From the NCBI GenBank assembly GCA_041739995.1, contig JBGSMV010000042.1, positions 46,046 through 110,045 of the forward strand: a stretch of 64,000 nt of DNA, read 5' to 3'. Shown piece after piece: positions 39,770 through 50,055 of this stretch (position 1 is its first letter; every line of letters begins with the position of its first letter). Source of the stretch: Bdellovibrionota bacterium. Its GTDB lineage: Bacteria; Bdellovibrionota_C; UBA2361; JBGSMV01. A program made the translations under genes and the position numbers. The notes under the pieces are model-generated. The model did not search any database, was not told the DNA's origin, and saw only the letters and a program-made list of their open reading frames with translations.

Positions 39770-40312
39770 TTAAGGTTTAAGATACTCATAGCCCGATGGA
39801 GGTGCCCATCCATAGGGAAGCGAGTGCCACTTCTCTACATAGGCGACGGTTTCCTGGAGTTGACTGAGCGACAAGTGCTGATGACCGCACCAAGTGTTAA
39901 TTGCCATCAGATCCAGGTCAGAGACGCCTAATAGAACTAACTCCTTTCTCTCTGCAACATCTAAGCAGAGTTGGCGATGATGTGAGACGGCCTGTTCATA
40001 GCGCTCACCAATCGCTGGAATGACTAAGAGAAATCCATATTTGCCCACGTTCTCTTTGCGAATTTTCTCAAACTGCTCTAGCAGGCTTTGCACTGAATCA
40101 AGATTAGACAAGGTCGCTTCGCGTTCAGGGGCCAAAGTGGCGCGGGTTTCGGGCGGGACGCTAAAAAAGTGGAGGTCCGGCGCGGTTTGACATCCAGACA
40201 GAAAGCTCGTCGAAACAATTAGAGCTGCGAGAGTTGGGTGGGCGCAGGAATGACCCTTTGGTGGTGTAGGTTGATGAGTCTCAGCGGCGTGCGAAACAGC
40301 AGTCACGGCCAT
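39770..40312 (-). CDS. Hypothetical lipoprotein
   Basis: GAGG SD, hydrophobic stretch ending LSGC. Confidence 0.55.
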   Translation of the reverse strand: MAVTAVSHAAETHQPTPPKGHSCAHPTLAALIVSTSFLSGCQTAPDLHFFSVPPETRATLAPEREATLSNLDSVQSLLEQFEKIRKENVGKYGFLLVIPAIGERYEQAVSHHRQLCLDVAERKELVLLGVSDLDLMAINTWCGHQHLSLSQLQETVAYVEKWHSLPYGWAPPSGYEYLKP

Positions 40313-40394
40313 ACCTCGCTTTTAGCATGTACCCACATCCGAACCAGATGATTTTATTTCGTGGTTTGTGTCCTGGGGCCAGGCTTCCTTTTAG

Positions 40395-40724
40395 CCTTGG
40401 AAGGCGGCGGCTATAGACTTCACGGGGGTCGAGAATATTGCGCGAAGCCCAGCAGCTCTCGAAGCTCTTCGTAATCGGGTTGAACAGCTTTCCCTTTTTC
40501 AGGGTACCGTTGGCGCTACGCAGAGTCGACTCACCGCTGCGATGGAGGTAGCAAGGGCCTCCGGCGAGAACACGAAATCGGCTGAATCGCGTATTCGCGA
40601 TACCGACGTTGCAGCAGATGCTACAAGCCTCACCGCAGGCCAGATTCAACAATCGGTAGCGACTTCTGTCCTCGCCCAAGCCAATCAGCAAACACGAATC
40701 GCACTTGAACTTTTACGCTTCTAG
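40395..40724 (+). pseudogene. Flagellin C-terminal fragment
   Basis: stop-to-stop frame reads ALEALRNRVEQLSLFQGTVGATQSRL..AESRIRDTDVA..SVLAQANQ..ALELL; no N-terminal flagellin domain upstream. Confidence 0.85.
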
Positions 40725-40927
40725 ATTGAATCGTTCGAACTGCCCCGGCTTCTTGGTGGCGCAAATAAGTGATGCACCTTTGCATGAAATCGTAGCCTTG
40801 GTGCCTGTGTTTCTGGCACGGCAACTTTTCATAAGGTGAGAACGAGGCTCTAATCCGCAGATATTATGCCATGGGGCGAGTTGGGGTATTCCAAAGTATG
40901 CACAGTTGGCCTTTCACTGACGACCCA

Positions 40928-42796
40928 CTACTCGGTCTGTCTAAGTAGGAGCAGGGTGAGACTAGGCTGTTGATTTGCCTGTGCCAGGACAGCGGAAGAA
41001 GCTTGCTGAAGAATGTTTAATCGCACAAGAGTAGCACTTTCTTGGGCTATATCGGCATCCCGGATTCGCGAATCCGCTGTTTCGAACTCAGTAGTTTGGG
41101 CGCTGAGCAGCGATGCGGCGGTTTCTAATCGACTCAATGTTGCCCCAATTTTTCCTCGAAGCGTGGTTACCGATAAAATATTTGATTGTAGGGTCTCAAG
41201 AGCTTCTCGTGCGCTGTCCTGCGACGAAATAACAAGCGAGCCAAGACCAGATAGGGTGCGCCTAATCGACTCAAGGGCGCCAGAAATTGAGCCACTTGCA
41301 CCACTGCCAACCTCAAAGTTGTAGCTCCTCTCCCCCGGGGTCATGTCGAAACGCTCGAGCTGGCCCGCGCGTACGCTCGAGACATATCGCCCATCAGCAG
41401 AGATTCCCTGAGTGCTCGCGGGCCCCAACGTTTGCGACTGGAAATTAGTAACCTGCCTCAGCCCCTCACCTTCAAATTCGAAACTGAACAGCTGCCGGAA
41501 TCCTTGAGAATTTTCTCCGGTAACATTGCCCGCTGAAGTGAAGTAGATAGCATCAAGTCGAGCGTTAGCTTTGACACGGTCGAAATTTAAGTTTGAAGTA
41601 AAGCTAGTGAGTTGGCGCACACTGTTATCGGCACCTACTTTGAAAAATTGTGCGAGTGTGCCGCCATTATCACCGCTGATGTTGCGGTTGCTGAGCAGTA
41701 AGAGCTCCCCGCTATTATTGATTCCGAGGAGAGTGAATAGGTCAGAGCCGACACCCGTTGTGTTCGTGCGCTTCTCAAGGTCTGAAACGCTCTCACCCGA
41801 GAAACTAAACGAGAATATTTCATTTTGGCTTAAGGTCGAATCATCTATTTTCGAAGTACTGACCGCGATACGGGAGCCATCTTCACTGACCGACAGAAAG
41901 CTGCTTAAAACCTGGATTCCATTAGTCCAAAGTAGCCCGCTCGCTACGTCCATGACGTAGAGTTGGCCACCGGTAATACCCGAGGCTGAAGTGACATCCG
42001 CGCCGTTGGCGTAATTTGTTTCAGAAATAAAGGCTATGGTCGACCCATCGGCTGAGACCGCGAATCCCAGTAGGGAACCAGAGGTCACCTCGTTTGTTAT
42101 TTGCGAGATCAGTCCAGTTGAGAAGCTGGCGCGCCGAATTTGCCCATCACCAAAACCGCCACCTGCCTCCTGGTAGACGACATCGCCGGTGTCGAGTACG
42201 GTAGCGTTGCTCACTTGGCCGTCGCTGGTGGTGAATACTTTAACCGAATTGGTCAGGCTATCGTATACTCGAAGTTCAGTGACTCCAAAGGCCGCGGTGA
42301 ATCGGCCATTATTCGAATTTCGCGTTCCATTAGCCGAGAATGTTGCGAGCGTGGTGGCCGATGGCGTCACCTTGCTGCCTTCATTTAGGTTCAATCGGTT
42401 GAATGAAGTTGATCCCGCAATGCGTCGAATATCTTTGTCGAGCTGGGTATACTCGGTGTCAAGGGTACGTCTTTGTTCCTTGCTGAATACTCCGTTCGCC
42501 GCTTGCTGAGCAAGCTCCGTCATGCGTGTCAGGAGGCTTGAAACTTGAGCAAGGGCGCTGTCGGCGATTGAGAAGAGAGAGACCGCATCACCCACATTCA
42601 TTGAAGCGCGACGCAAAACCCTGGTCTTGGCCGAAAGGGAGGTAGCAACGCTTAGGCCAGCGGCATCATCGGACGGTCTGTTGATCCTTTGCCCGCTTGA
42701 GAGGCGCTCGAATACTCGGCCGAGCTCATCGCTTACGGTACTCAGCTGTCGCTGTGCCTTAAGAGCTCCGATATTTGATCCGATCCTGATCGCCAT
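40928..42796 (-). CDS. Flagellin with beta-propeller-like central insertion
   Basis: ERLSSGQRINRPSDDAAGL N-terminus, SRIRDADIAQE..VLAQAN C-terminus; central SADG/SEDG repeats. Confidence 0.93.
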   Translation of the reverse strand: MAIRIGSNIGALKAQRQLSTVSDELGRVFERLSSGQRINRPSDDAAGLSVATSLSAKTRVLRRASMNVGDAVSLFSIADSALAQVSSLLTRMTELAQQAANGVFSKEQRRTLDTEYTQLDKDIRRIAGSTSFNRLNLNEGSKVTPSATTLATFSANGTRNSNNGRFTAAFGVTELRVYDSLTNSVKVFTTSDGQVSNATVLDTGDVVYQEAGGGFGDGQIRRASFSTGLISQITNEVTSGSLLGFAVSADGSTIAFISETNYANGADVTSASGITGGQLYVMDVASGLLWTNGIQVLSSFLSVSEDGSRIAVSTSKIDDSTLSQNEIFSFSFSGESVSDLEKRTNTTGVGSDLFTLLGINNSGELLLLSNRNISGDNGGTLAQFFKVGADNSVRQLTSFTSNLNFDRVKANARLDAIYFTSAGNVTGENSQGFRQLFSFEFEGEGLRQVTNFQSQTLGPASTQGISADGRYVSSVRAGQLERFDMTPGERSYNFEVGSGASGSISGALESIRRTLSGLGSLVISSQDSAREALETLQSNILSVTTLRGKIGATLSRLETAASLLSAQTTEFETADSRIRDADIAQESATLVRLNILQQASSAVLAQANQQPSLTLLLLRQTE

Positions 42797-42864
42797 TTAT
42801 CGCCTAAGTGCCATCCGTGCGTAGGCAGTATCCGCAAACGAATCGCGCACACTCCCTGTAAGAA

Positions 42865-42891
42865 GGATCGGGGGACTCGCCCGGCGACTTA
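42865..42891 (-). promoter_or_regulatory. Candidate sigma28 promoter of flagellin
   Basis: TAAG-N15-CCCGATCC; leader carries GGA motifs (CAGGGAG, GCGGATA, ACGGATG). Confidence 0.7.
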
Positions 42892-43368
42892 ATAATCTGC
42901 GGCGATTTTGAGGAGTTAGGCCAGGTCCCCAGCGTTTTCAGCACGGATCAAGCAAGCTTCAGGAGCTAAGCGAGATCTCTTGAGAAAAACTCCTAAAAAC
43001 AGGCCAAATTCCGCTCTGGCCCGGGAGCTGCTTATTGTTTCTTCTCCGAGATCTTCTTAACCCTATTAACCTTAGGAGCCCCCAAACGACATACGCTTGG
43101 TCCCGGGCACCGAACAAACCGGATTGATCCGCTAATCATGTCCCAGGCCTTCATCGAGCGCTGCGGGAAGTAGCCAGTGCGGAATCAGCCCGCCAGCTGC
43201 TTAGCGGGTTGGGCATACCGGTGGCGGGGGATCGCGCTGCAATGTAGGTGCAGTAGCTTTTCCTAGGATTGTCGGTTTCATATCGCTACCTAACCAAGCG
43301 AATTAATACAAAAATTTGACTGATCAAGGGCTATAGGCTTAAAGCTGTTGGTGTCTGCAGTTGAATTA

Positions 43369-43384
43369 GTATATACGTATATAC
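43369..43384. promoter_or_regulatory. Perfect 16-bp palindrome (GTATATAC x2), candidate RHH operator
   Basis: GTATATACGTATATAC directly abuts the ATG at 43385. Confidence 0.7.
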
Positions 43385-43861
43385 ATGAGCTCGTTTCTTC
43401 TTGAGGTATGCCGCGCTCTCAGCCAGGCGAGTGTTACTTATGCCATAGCGGGAGGCGTGGCGGTGGCATTGCATGGTGCCGTGCGCGGAACGGTTGACCT
43501 TGATCTTGTGGTTACACTCGATGAGCAAAATCTTACGCGACTTGAGCAAGCGCTTCATCGACTTGGACTCGTTTCGCGTATTCCCATAAACGCAAAGGAG
43601 CTCGCGCAATTTCGCCTCGAATTTATTGAGAAGCGAAACCTTGAGGCCTGGAGTTTCGTGGACCCCAGCAACCCACGAAAGCTAGTGGACATCATTGTCA
43701 CAGAAGATCTCTCTAAGCTCAAAACTGATTTAGTCGACGTCGGCGGTTTTACTTTGCCCGTGTTGAGTAGGAACTCTTTGATTGCGATGAAGTCAAGAAG
43801 CGGGCGCCCGCAAGATTTAGCGGATATAAAAATGCTAGAGAAGCTAAGAAAGAATGACTAA
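43385..43861 (+). CDS. Minimal nucleotidyltransferase (DUF6036/AbiEii-like), putative toxin
   Basis: AGGVAVALHG..RGTVDLDL and K..SGRPQDLADI motifs. Confidence 0.8.
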   Translation: MSSFLLEVCRALSQASVTYAIAGGVAVALHGAVRGTVDLDLVVTLDEQNLTRLEQALHRLGLVSRIPINAKELAQFRLEFIEKRNLEAWSFVDPSNPRKLVDIIVTEDLSKLKTDLVDVGGFTLPVLSRNSLIAMKSRSGRPQDLADIKMLEKLRKND

Positions 43862-44135
43862 CGATGAACAGCCGAAGCGCGCGGTACAGTTTTTAGATGA
43901 CCAGCAATTGGCGCATGCGCAAACACTTACTAAAGCTCAAGTGTTGGAGTTCTTAGAAGACTTCCGTTTGCTATTTGCGGCGCCGCTGCCCCAGGCCGGT
44001 TCTAGTACGGCGGTGAGTATTCGCGTCCCTGATGATCTTCGTAGAGCGTTTAGGCACAAATGCGATCGCGATGGAGTTCCGTATCAGTCGATGGTGAAAA
44101 CGTTAATGAGGCGTTGGTTGGCTGGCGAGGCTTAG
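43854..44135 (+). CDS. CopG/BrnA-like ribbon-helix-helix protein, putative antitoxin
   Basis: AVSIRVPDDL..F..K....GVPYQSMVKTLM; 8-nt overlap with upstream gene. Confidence 0.8.
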   Translation: MTNDEQPKRAVQFLDDQQLAHAQTLTKAQVLEFLEDFRLLFAAPLPQAGSSTAVSIRVPDDLRRAFRHKCDRDGVPYQSMVKTLMRRWLAGEA

Positions 44136-44151
44136 TAAACCCATAACGCTT

Positions 44152-44604
44152 TCAGTCTTTCCCTGCCCATAACGTGCCTTGAGCGTGGTGGCTTCTCCAA
44201 GCTGCTTCAGACCAGACTTCAACGAAGCTCCTCGCACCGGTAATCAGCAGATTCTTGTTGGGTTCGAATCCGAGGCGTCTTCGCAGCTCTGAGGGAACAG
44301 CGACTCTTCCAGCGGTGTCTAGGCCCTCTACGACAAATGCTGCAGAAAACAGATGTTGAGCGTTGAGCTGGTTTGTAGAATTTTCACGAGCGGCATTGAG
44401 AGTCTCCTTTTCGAGGACTCTAAATAACGGAAGCGGAAGTACCCTTAATGTTCCCTCGTCGCCTGGCAAAAGTACGAAGGAGTTGGGGAAGGCTCCTCTA
44501 AAATGAGCAGGCATACAGAAGCGAAATTTCTTATCGAAGAGCACGGTCGCCTCTCCAAGTAGTGGCAGCTCAGAGGAGGGCCGCGGGGGAAGGGAAAGAT
44601 TCAT
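44152..44604 (-). CDS. MraZ-like tandem SpoVT-AbrB domain protein
   Basis: DKKFRFCMPAHFR and LDTAGRVAVPSELR, G....VEVWS...W. Confidence 0.8.
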   Translation of the reverse strand: MNLSLPPRPSSELPLLGEATVLFDKKFRFCMPAHFRGAFPNSFVLLPGDEGTLRVLPLPLFRVLEKETLNAARENSTNQLNAQHLFSAAFVVEGLDTAGRVAVPSELRRRLGFEPNKNLLITGARSFVEVWSEAAWRSHHAQGTLWAGKD

Positions 44605-44877
44605 GAGGTCGAGACGGCCTTGGCAGAGAGGAAGCGGGGAGCGCGGGGAAGGCGTTCTCTAAATTAGAATGGGATGGTGAAGGTGACACCGAGGCAGTAT
44701 GAGGATGCTCGCTCACCTAATCAAACCGTCGAGACGTTGCGGTGAGTTCGCTTCAGAAGGTAATTGGGCCATTTAATTCAATATTTTTCGCTTCCTGAGC
44801 CTCTCTCCGGGGATCTCGCCCTTGATTTCTTGGCTGAAGGTACGAAGATAGGAAAAATTAATTCTATTGAGGAACGC

Positions 44878-46920
44878 ATGGTGATTCAGAGCTTTTCCGA
44901 AGGGCAGTGGGTTAACGGTAAGGGTAGCGGCAAAGAGGTCTACCACGCAGTGACTGGAGAACCAGTCGGCCAAGTTTCGAGCGAAGGCTTAAATTTTAAT
45001 GGCATGTTGGAGTACGGGCGTACGGTCGGCGGACCGAACCTTCGCGCACTTACTTTTCATGAGCGAGCCTTAAGACTAAAGGCGCTCGCCAAATACCTCA
45101 CCGATCGTAAGGATGAGTTTTACAAAGTTTCCTCGGCTACTGGTGCTACCAAACTTGATTCCTGGATTGATATTGAAGGTGGTATCGGGACTTTCTACGT
45201 CTATGCCAGTAAGGGCAGGCGAGAACTTCCCAATGAGACGTTTCTTGCAGAAGGGGATGTCGAGCAAATCTCAAAGGGTGGAACGTTTCTGGGTAGGCAT
45301 ATCTGTGTGCCGCTGGAAGGTGTGGCACTTCATATTAATGCCTTTAACTTTCCTTGTTGGGGAATGCTTGAGAAGCTCGCCCCTACATTCCTTGCCGGCA
45401 TGCCTTCAATTGTTAAACCGGCGTCAATTACTTGTTACCTGACGGAGTGCATGGTGAAAGCCATGCTTGAATCAAAGATCCTCCCTGAGGGAGCGCTGCA
45501 GCTTATTTGCGGAAGTGCGGGCGACATTTTTGATCATCTTACTTGTCAGGATGTGGTGACCTTTACTGGTTCGGCCACCACGGGCAGATCGCTCAAAGAG
45601 CACCCTAAGGTGGTCGGAGAGTCGATTCGCTTTAATATGGAAGCCGACTCGCTTAACTGTTCAATCTTGGGGCCTGATTGTGGACCTGGCACTGAGGAGT
45701 TTAATCTTTTCATCAAGGAAGTTGCGCGCGAGATGACGGTAAAGGCCGGGCAGAAATGCACTGCAATTCGCCGCACCATTGTTCCTGACAGCATGGTGCA
45801 AGATGTTCTATCTGCCCTCACGAAACGTTTGCAGGGCATAAAGCTTGGTGACCCCGCAGTCGAGGGCGTCCAGATGGGGCCACTGGCTGCGCGTTCGCAG
45901 GTGAGTGAAGTGACGGAGCGTATCGGGCAGCTATCTAAAGCTGCAAAGGTCGTCTACGGGGATCCAAAGAACTTTGAAGTGCACGGAGCGGATCGGAGCA
46001 AGGGAGCTTTTTGTCCTCCGGTACTATTGCACTGTGAAAAGCCACTCGCGATGAGTGAGCCACATGACATCGAAGCCTTTGGACCAGTGAATACGGTCAT
46101 GCCGTATAAGGGAATTGATGAAGCGATCGAGCTTGCTCGACGGGGCAAGGGAAGTTTGGTGGGCTCGCTCTTTACCGGGGATAACCAAATAGCTCGTCAA
46201 GTGGTGCATGGGCTCGCCCCCTATCACGGACGAATCGTAGTGCTCAGTCGAGAGAGCGCCAAAGAGTCAACCGGACACGGCTCTCCGCTACCGCACCTTG
46301 TGCATGGAGGACCAGGGCGTGCTGGCGGTGGTGAAGAAATGGGTGGCATGCGTAGCGTGTTGCACTATATGCAGCGCACCGCAGTGCAGGGCGCACCGGC
46401 AGCGCTGACCGCTATTTCTGGCGAGTGGGTAAAAGGTACTGCGCCGATTACTGACCGTGTTCATCCGTTTCGAAAGTTTTTTGAAGAGCTGCAAATTGGC
46501 GAGTCATTGTTGACGCATCGGCGCACGGTGACGGAAGCAGATATCGTAAACTTTGCAGCCATTAGCGGTGATCATTTCTATGCGCATGTCGACGAGATTG
46601 GTGCGAAGGAATCTATCTTTGGTCGACGCGTCGCACATGGATACTTCGTGTTGTCGGCAGCGGCGGGATTATTTGTAGATCCCGGCCCAGGACCAGTACT
46701 TGCTAATTACGGACTAGAGCGATTGCGTTTTATTAAGCCGGTGTACGCGGGCGATACCATTCAAGTGCGCATTACCGTGAAGCAAAAGATTTCTAAAGAA
46801 ACTCCTGAAGGTGCGATACCGCAAGGGGTGGTTGCTTGGGATGTTGAAGTGATGAACCAGGAGAATGAAGGCGTGGCGGTATACACGATTCTTACACTGG
46901 TAAGGCGCAAAGCAGCGTAG
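44878..46920 (+). CDS. paaZ: Bifunctional oxepin-CoA hydrolase/aldehyde dehydrogenase
   Basis: [33 protein letters not shown]-terminal MaoC domain. Confidence 0.96.
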   Translation: MVIQSFSEGQWVNGKGSGKEVYHAVTGEPVGQVSSEGLNFNGMLEYGRTVGGPNLRALTFHERALRLKALAKYLTDRKDEFYKVSSATGATKLDSWIDIEGGIGTFYVYASKGRRELPNETFLAEGDVEQISKGGTFLGRHICVPLEGVALHINAFNFPCWGMLEKLAPTFLAGMPSIVKPASITCYLTECMVKAMLESKILPEGALQLICGSAGDIFDHLTCQDVVTFTGSATTGRSLKEHPKVVGESIRFNMEADSLNCSILGPDCGPGTEEFNLFIKEVAREMTVKAGQKCTAIRRTIVPDSMVQDVLSALTKRLQGIKLGDPAVEGVQMGPLAARSQVSEVTERIGQLSKAAKVVYGDPKNFEVHGADRSKGAFCPPVLLHCEKPLAMSEPHDIEAFGPVNTVMPYKGIDEAIELARRGKGSLVGSLFTGDNQIARQVVHGLAPYHGRIVVLSRESAKESTGHGSPLPHLVHGGPGRAGGGEEMGGMRSVLHYMQRTAVQGAPAALTAISGEWVKGTAPITDRVHPFRKFFEELQIGESLLTHRRTVTEADIVNFAAISGDHFYAHVDEIGAKESIFGRRVAHGYFVLSAAAGLFVDPGPGPVLANYGLERLRFIKPVYAGDTIQVRITVKQKISKETPEGAIPQGVVAWDVEVMNQENEGVAVYTILTLVRRKAA

Positions 46921-47191
46921 AGCCATACGAAGGGAACCGTGCCCTAGTCGAGGGCTTTAGAGCTTTGTAGCAGAGGTGCCTTCTTACCCCAACAAGTGAA
47001 TGCAAAGAGGCCAAACAGTGACTTCGCTGACTCGGTGTGGCACAGCCTCGCCGGTGTATGGGACGCGTCGACAGGATGCAGGAATCGATAGCTCTGGGGG
47101 GTGTGAGGGGTTTTGAGCCTTTAAGGCTAACTCTAAGGGTAAAGATTGAGTCCCCTTGCAGGGAAGTGCATCTAAAACGCATAATCAACCT

Positions 47192-48016
47192 ATGCCGACC
47201 AACGCTGACCCTCGCCAAATGTACGGTAACTGCCTGAAGCTCCTGCTTCAACCCATCGCCCGTTTGGCGTTGCGCAAAGGTATTACCTTCAAGGATTGCA
47301 GCCATTTTCTTAAGCAGGTCTTTGTGTTCGAAGCGGCACGGCAACTCGAGGATCAAGGGAAGAAGATTAATGTGAGCCGAATCTCGGTAATGAGCGGCAT
47401 CATGCGAAATGAAGTCAATCGAATCTACTCGCTTGGAGAGACCTCACGAGGCGTAGAGGTCAGCATCCCAACTCGAGTCATAGAGTTGTGGGAAAGTGAT
47501 GCTCGTTACAAACGGAACGGTAGGCTAAAGACACTGACCATAGCAGAATTCCAAACACTGGTGAGCCAAGTGAGTAAGCATGTAAATCATGGCACGGTGC
47601 TGTTTGAGCTTGTAAGGTTGGGGAACATTATTCGTAAGGGGGACTCCCTTCGTTTGAAGCGAAAGGTTCATAAACTTGCAGCCGAGCCCGAAGAAGCCTT
47701 TGCGCTTGCGGCAAAGGATGTCGATACCTTGATCGAGTGTGTCGAAGAGAATTTGGACCCCATGGTGTCTCTTGGAAATTTACATATTCGCACCGAGTAT
47801 GATCACATCTCAGAAAAGTCCCTACGCGTAATTCGCAAATGGTTCATTAGTCAGGGGAGGGCGCTGCATAAGCGTGCTCGAAAGTTCCTTTCCGCACATG
47901 ACTTGGATCTTAGTCCTGAGCTTGTGGCAGGGCATCGTGGAGGAAATAAGGCAGTGATTTCAATGGTTACGCTTACCAGTCCACTCTCTCAGGAGAAGAC
48001 TCTCCCTCACGATTAG
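47192..48016 (+). CDS. DUF6502-like protein
   Basis: LLQPIARLALRKGI..LKQVFV..A..NVSRISVMSG..R.EV..RVI..W pattern. Confidence 0.7.
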   Translation: MPTNADPRQMYGNCLKLLLQPIARLALRKGITFKDCSHFLKQVFVFEAARQLEDQGKKINVSRISVMSGIMRNEVNRIYSLGETSRGVEVSIPTRVIELWESDARYKRNGRLKTLTIAEFQTLVSQVSKHVNHGTVLFELVRLGNIIRKGDSLRLKRKVHKLAAEPEEAFALAAKDVDTLIECVEENLDPMVSLGNLHIRTEYDHISEKSLRVIRKWFISQGRALHKRARKFLSAHDLDLSPELVAGHRGGNKAVISMVTLTSPLSQEKTLPHD

Positions 48017-48102
48017 ATCGATTAACGGAAGTATTCTTCGCCCTGCACCAGATATGAGGGAGTTCCTTTGCAGGGTCTCTCTAAATGTGTGGTGGGTATT
48101 AG

Positions 48103-48384
48103 GTGGGACGAATGAGAACTACTTCTCGAAAATCTTCAGATATCGGCGCGAGCATCGTAGAATTTGCACTCGCCTTGGCCTTGATTGCTGGAACCACTCT
48201 GACCGCCGGGGGGCTCATTAGTACCTCAATTCGTAGTCAATTCGAGAATTCTGTTGTTGCACTGAATGAGCTCGGTGGCGGTTCGCATACCACTACCGGG
48301 GGCCTTGATAACGAATGTGAGGATGGGGAGATTTTTGTGGGGATGAGCCCCGGCGGAAAGCCTATCTGCGTTAAAGAGCCATAG
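48103..48384 (+). CDS. Flp/TadE-like pilin
   Basis: DIG/ASIVEFALALALIAG prepilin site; C-terminal Cys pair. Confidence 0.7.
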   Translation: MGRMRTTSRKSSDIGASIVEFALALALIAGTTLTAGGLISTSIRSQFENSVVALNELGGGSHTTTGGLDNECEDGEIFVGMSPGGKPICVKEP

Positions 48385-48734
48385 TCCGAGCGTTTTATTG
48401 AAAACAAGCGAGGTCTAGCGTTGAGTCTCTAGTCGGTCGGATTTCAGAGAAACACGTCGGAAGTCGGGCGGGCTCTGCCAGAACGATCTATTTGTCTATC
48501 AAAACCTTTCGGCAATAGGACAAGGGACGATGCCGTTTCGTTTCGTCTTAACTACCTCTTCTGCGGTTTAATCCGTACCCTTTATTTCAATCGAAATGGG
48601 CTTGGGGAGCGCTGTCACGGTTTGCAGCGCGTGCGAGCTGTGTACTACGCTGGCGTAAGTCAGGCACCTCACGCTCACTTACAAAATAGTGCATACTGTA
48701 ATCCAATTATCCACTACTCTCTGAGCATATTCAT

Positions 48735-49229
48735 ATGGGGAACTTGGAATCTTGGGAGCTTGCTAGTTACGTCGTGACCGTCTTCGGTCTGCCGTTCGCT
48801 ATTTTCCTCTTCTTTTGGGACCACCGCAAAGAGCGACAGACGGAAGAAGAAGAGATGTATTTAAAACTCTCCGACGAGTACGCGAATTTTTCTAGATTGC
48901 TTCTCAATAATGCGGATCTGTATCTGACCGCGGATTCAGAGCCTCCCACACCGCTTGGGCCCGAGCAGCTTGAGCGCAAGAAGATCATCTTCGAAATTTT
49001 AATTTCGCTCTTTGAGCGCGCCTTTATCTTGGTTTACGAAGAGAGCATGTCGAAACAAACGGCCAGATTATGGGCCAGTTGGGAGGATTACATCAGGTTT
49101 TGGTGTAGGCGCGATGATTTCCGAGCAGCACTTCCGGAGTTGCTCGATGGAGAAGATGAAGATTTTCGAATGTACGTGAGAAACATCGCTAATCTGCCCC
49201 CTCTCCCCAATCATCAGAGTCAGATATGA
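48735..49229 (+). CDS. Hypothetical protein with N-terminal membrane anchor
   Basis: 164-aa ORF filling gap; single TM helix then helical domain. Confidence 0.65.
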   Translation: MGNLESWELASYVVTVFGLPFAIFLFFWDHRKERQTEEEEMYLKLSDEYANFSRLLLNNADLYLTADSEPPTPLGPEQLERKKIIFEILISLFERAFILVYEESMSKQTARLWASWEDYIRFWCRRDDFRAALPELLDGEDEDFRMYVRNIANLPPLPNHQSQI

Positions 49230-49241
49230 TTTTTGGGAGCG

Positions 49242-49868
49242 CTAATTGACTCTCGTAGTCTTGTCCCCTGCATCAGTCTGCTCGCAACGATAGCTAGTGC
49301 CTATACAGGTGTCGCAAGAGTAGTTTAATGCCTCTGCCTCAACTGTGCAGGTACCGCGTCCTTCGCTTTCGCAGTACTGCTTGCAGGCCGCTTCGATTGA
49401 ACTATGGAGCTGTGAACTACAGAAGCTCTCGGTGGATTCACAGAGCGCATCAATGTCGTTTGGAACACATCGATTAAGGCCGCATTGTTGTTCTCCCTCA
49501 TATTTTTGAGGGAGCCCTTCAGAGCATTGGAATACGAGTGTCATTTTACAGTTCATGACCGCGTGGGTGTAGGCGGAGCACTCAGGATCGTCGCATGGGC
49601 CCACTTTGCCTTGAGCTAGGCTTGAGACGCAACTCTTACTCATCTCAGCTGGCTTTTCATCCTTGTTGGCGACGAACTTTGCAGTATCGTTGCACCCTTT
49701 GAAGTCAGTGAAAGACATCGTGATTGGAGCAAAGTACCCGCTGACCGTTTTACCTTCGGAACCGCCACCTGGTGTATCGAGGCAGTTCCCCCGAGTTGCG
49801 AGGATGACGTTCAAGAGAACCAATGCGCAGGCAGATGCAATAAAGACTCGAATGTTGTTGAATTTCAT
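49242..49868 (-). CDS. Secreted cysteine-rich protein
   Basis: GGAGG SD, signal peptide, 18 Cys in 208 aa. Confidence 0.7.
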   Translation of the reverse strand: MKFNNIRVFIASACALVLLNVILATRGNCLDTPGGGSEGKTVSGYFAPITMSFTDFKGCNDTAKFVANKDEKPAEMSKSCVSSLAQGKVGPCDDPECSAYTHAVMNCKMTLVFQCSEGLPQKYEGEQQCGLNRCVPNDIDALCESTESFCSSQLHSSIEAACKQYCESEGRGTCTVEAEALNYSCDTCIGTSYRCEQTDAGDKTTRVN

Positions 49869-50055
49869 ACTGGCCTCCGGTTCATTGTACGAATTGTAAC
49901 GACACCTCAATGCCGTTTTTTAAGCCACTTGTTGTTCGTGTGTCCTGCATGACTACTTCCCTAGCCATTTCAGGCGATTAAGAATCGCTAGTTTAGCATG
50001 CAGGCTCGATGGGGGTGAAGTGGCTGAGCGCTCAGTCGTCGGAGATAGGGCGCTC

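Noticed and set aside
42900..43320. Possible ncRNA in the flagellin/TA intergenic region
   Set aside because: Only short GC-rich pairings; no recognisable RNA family by eye
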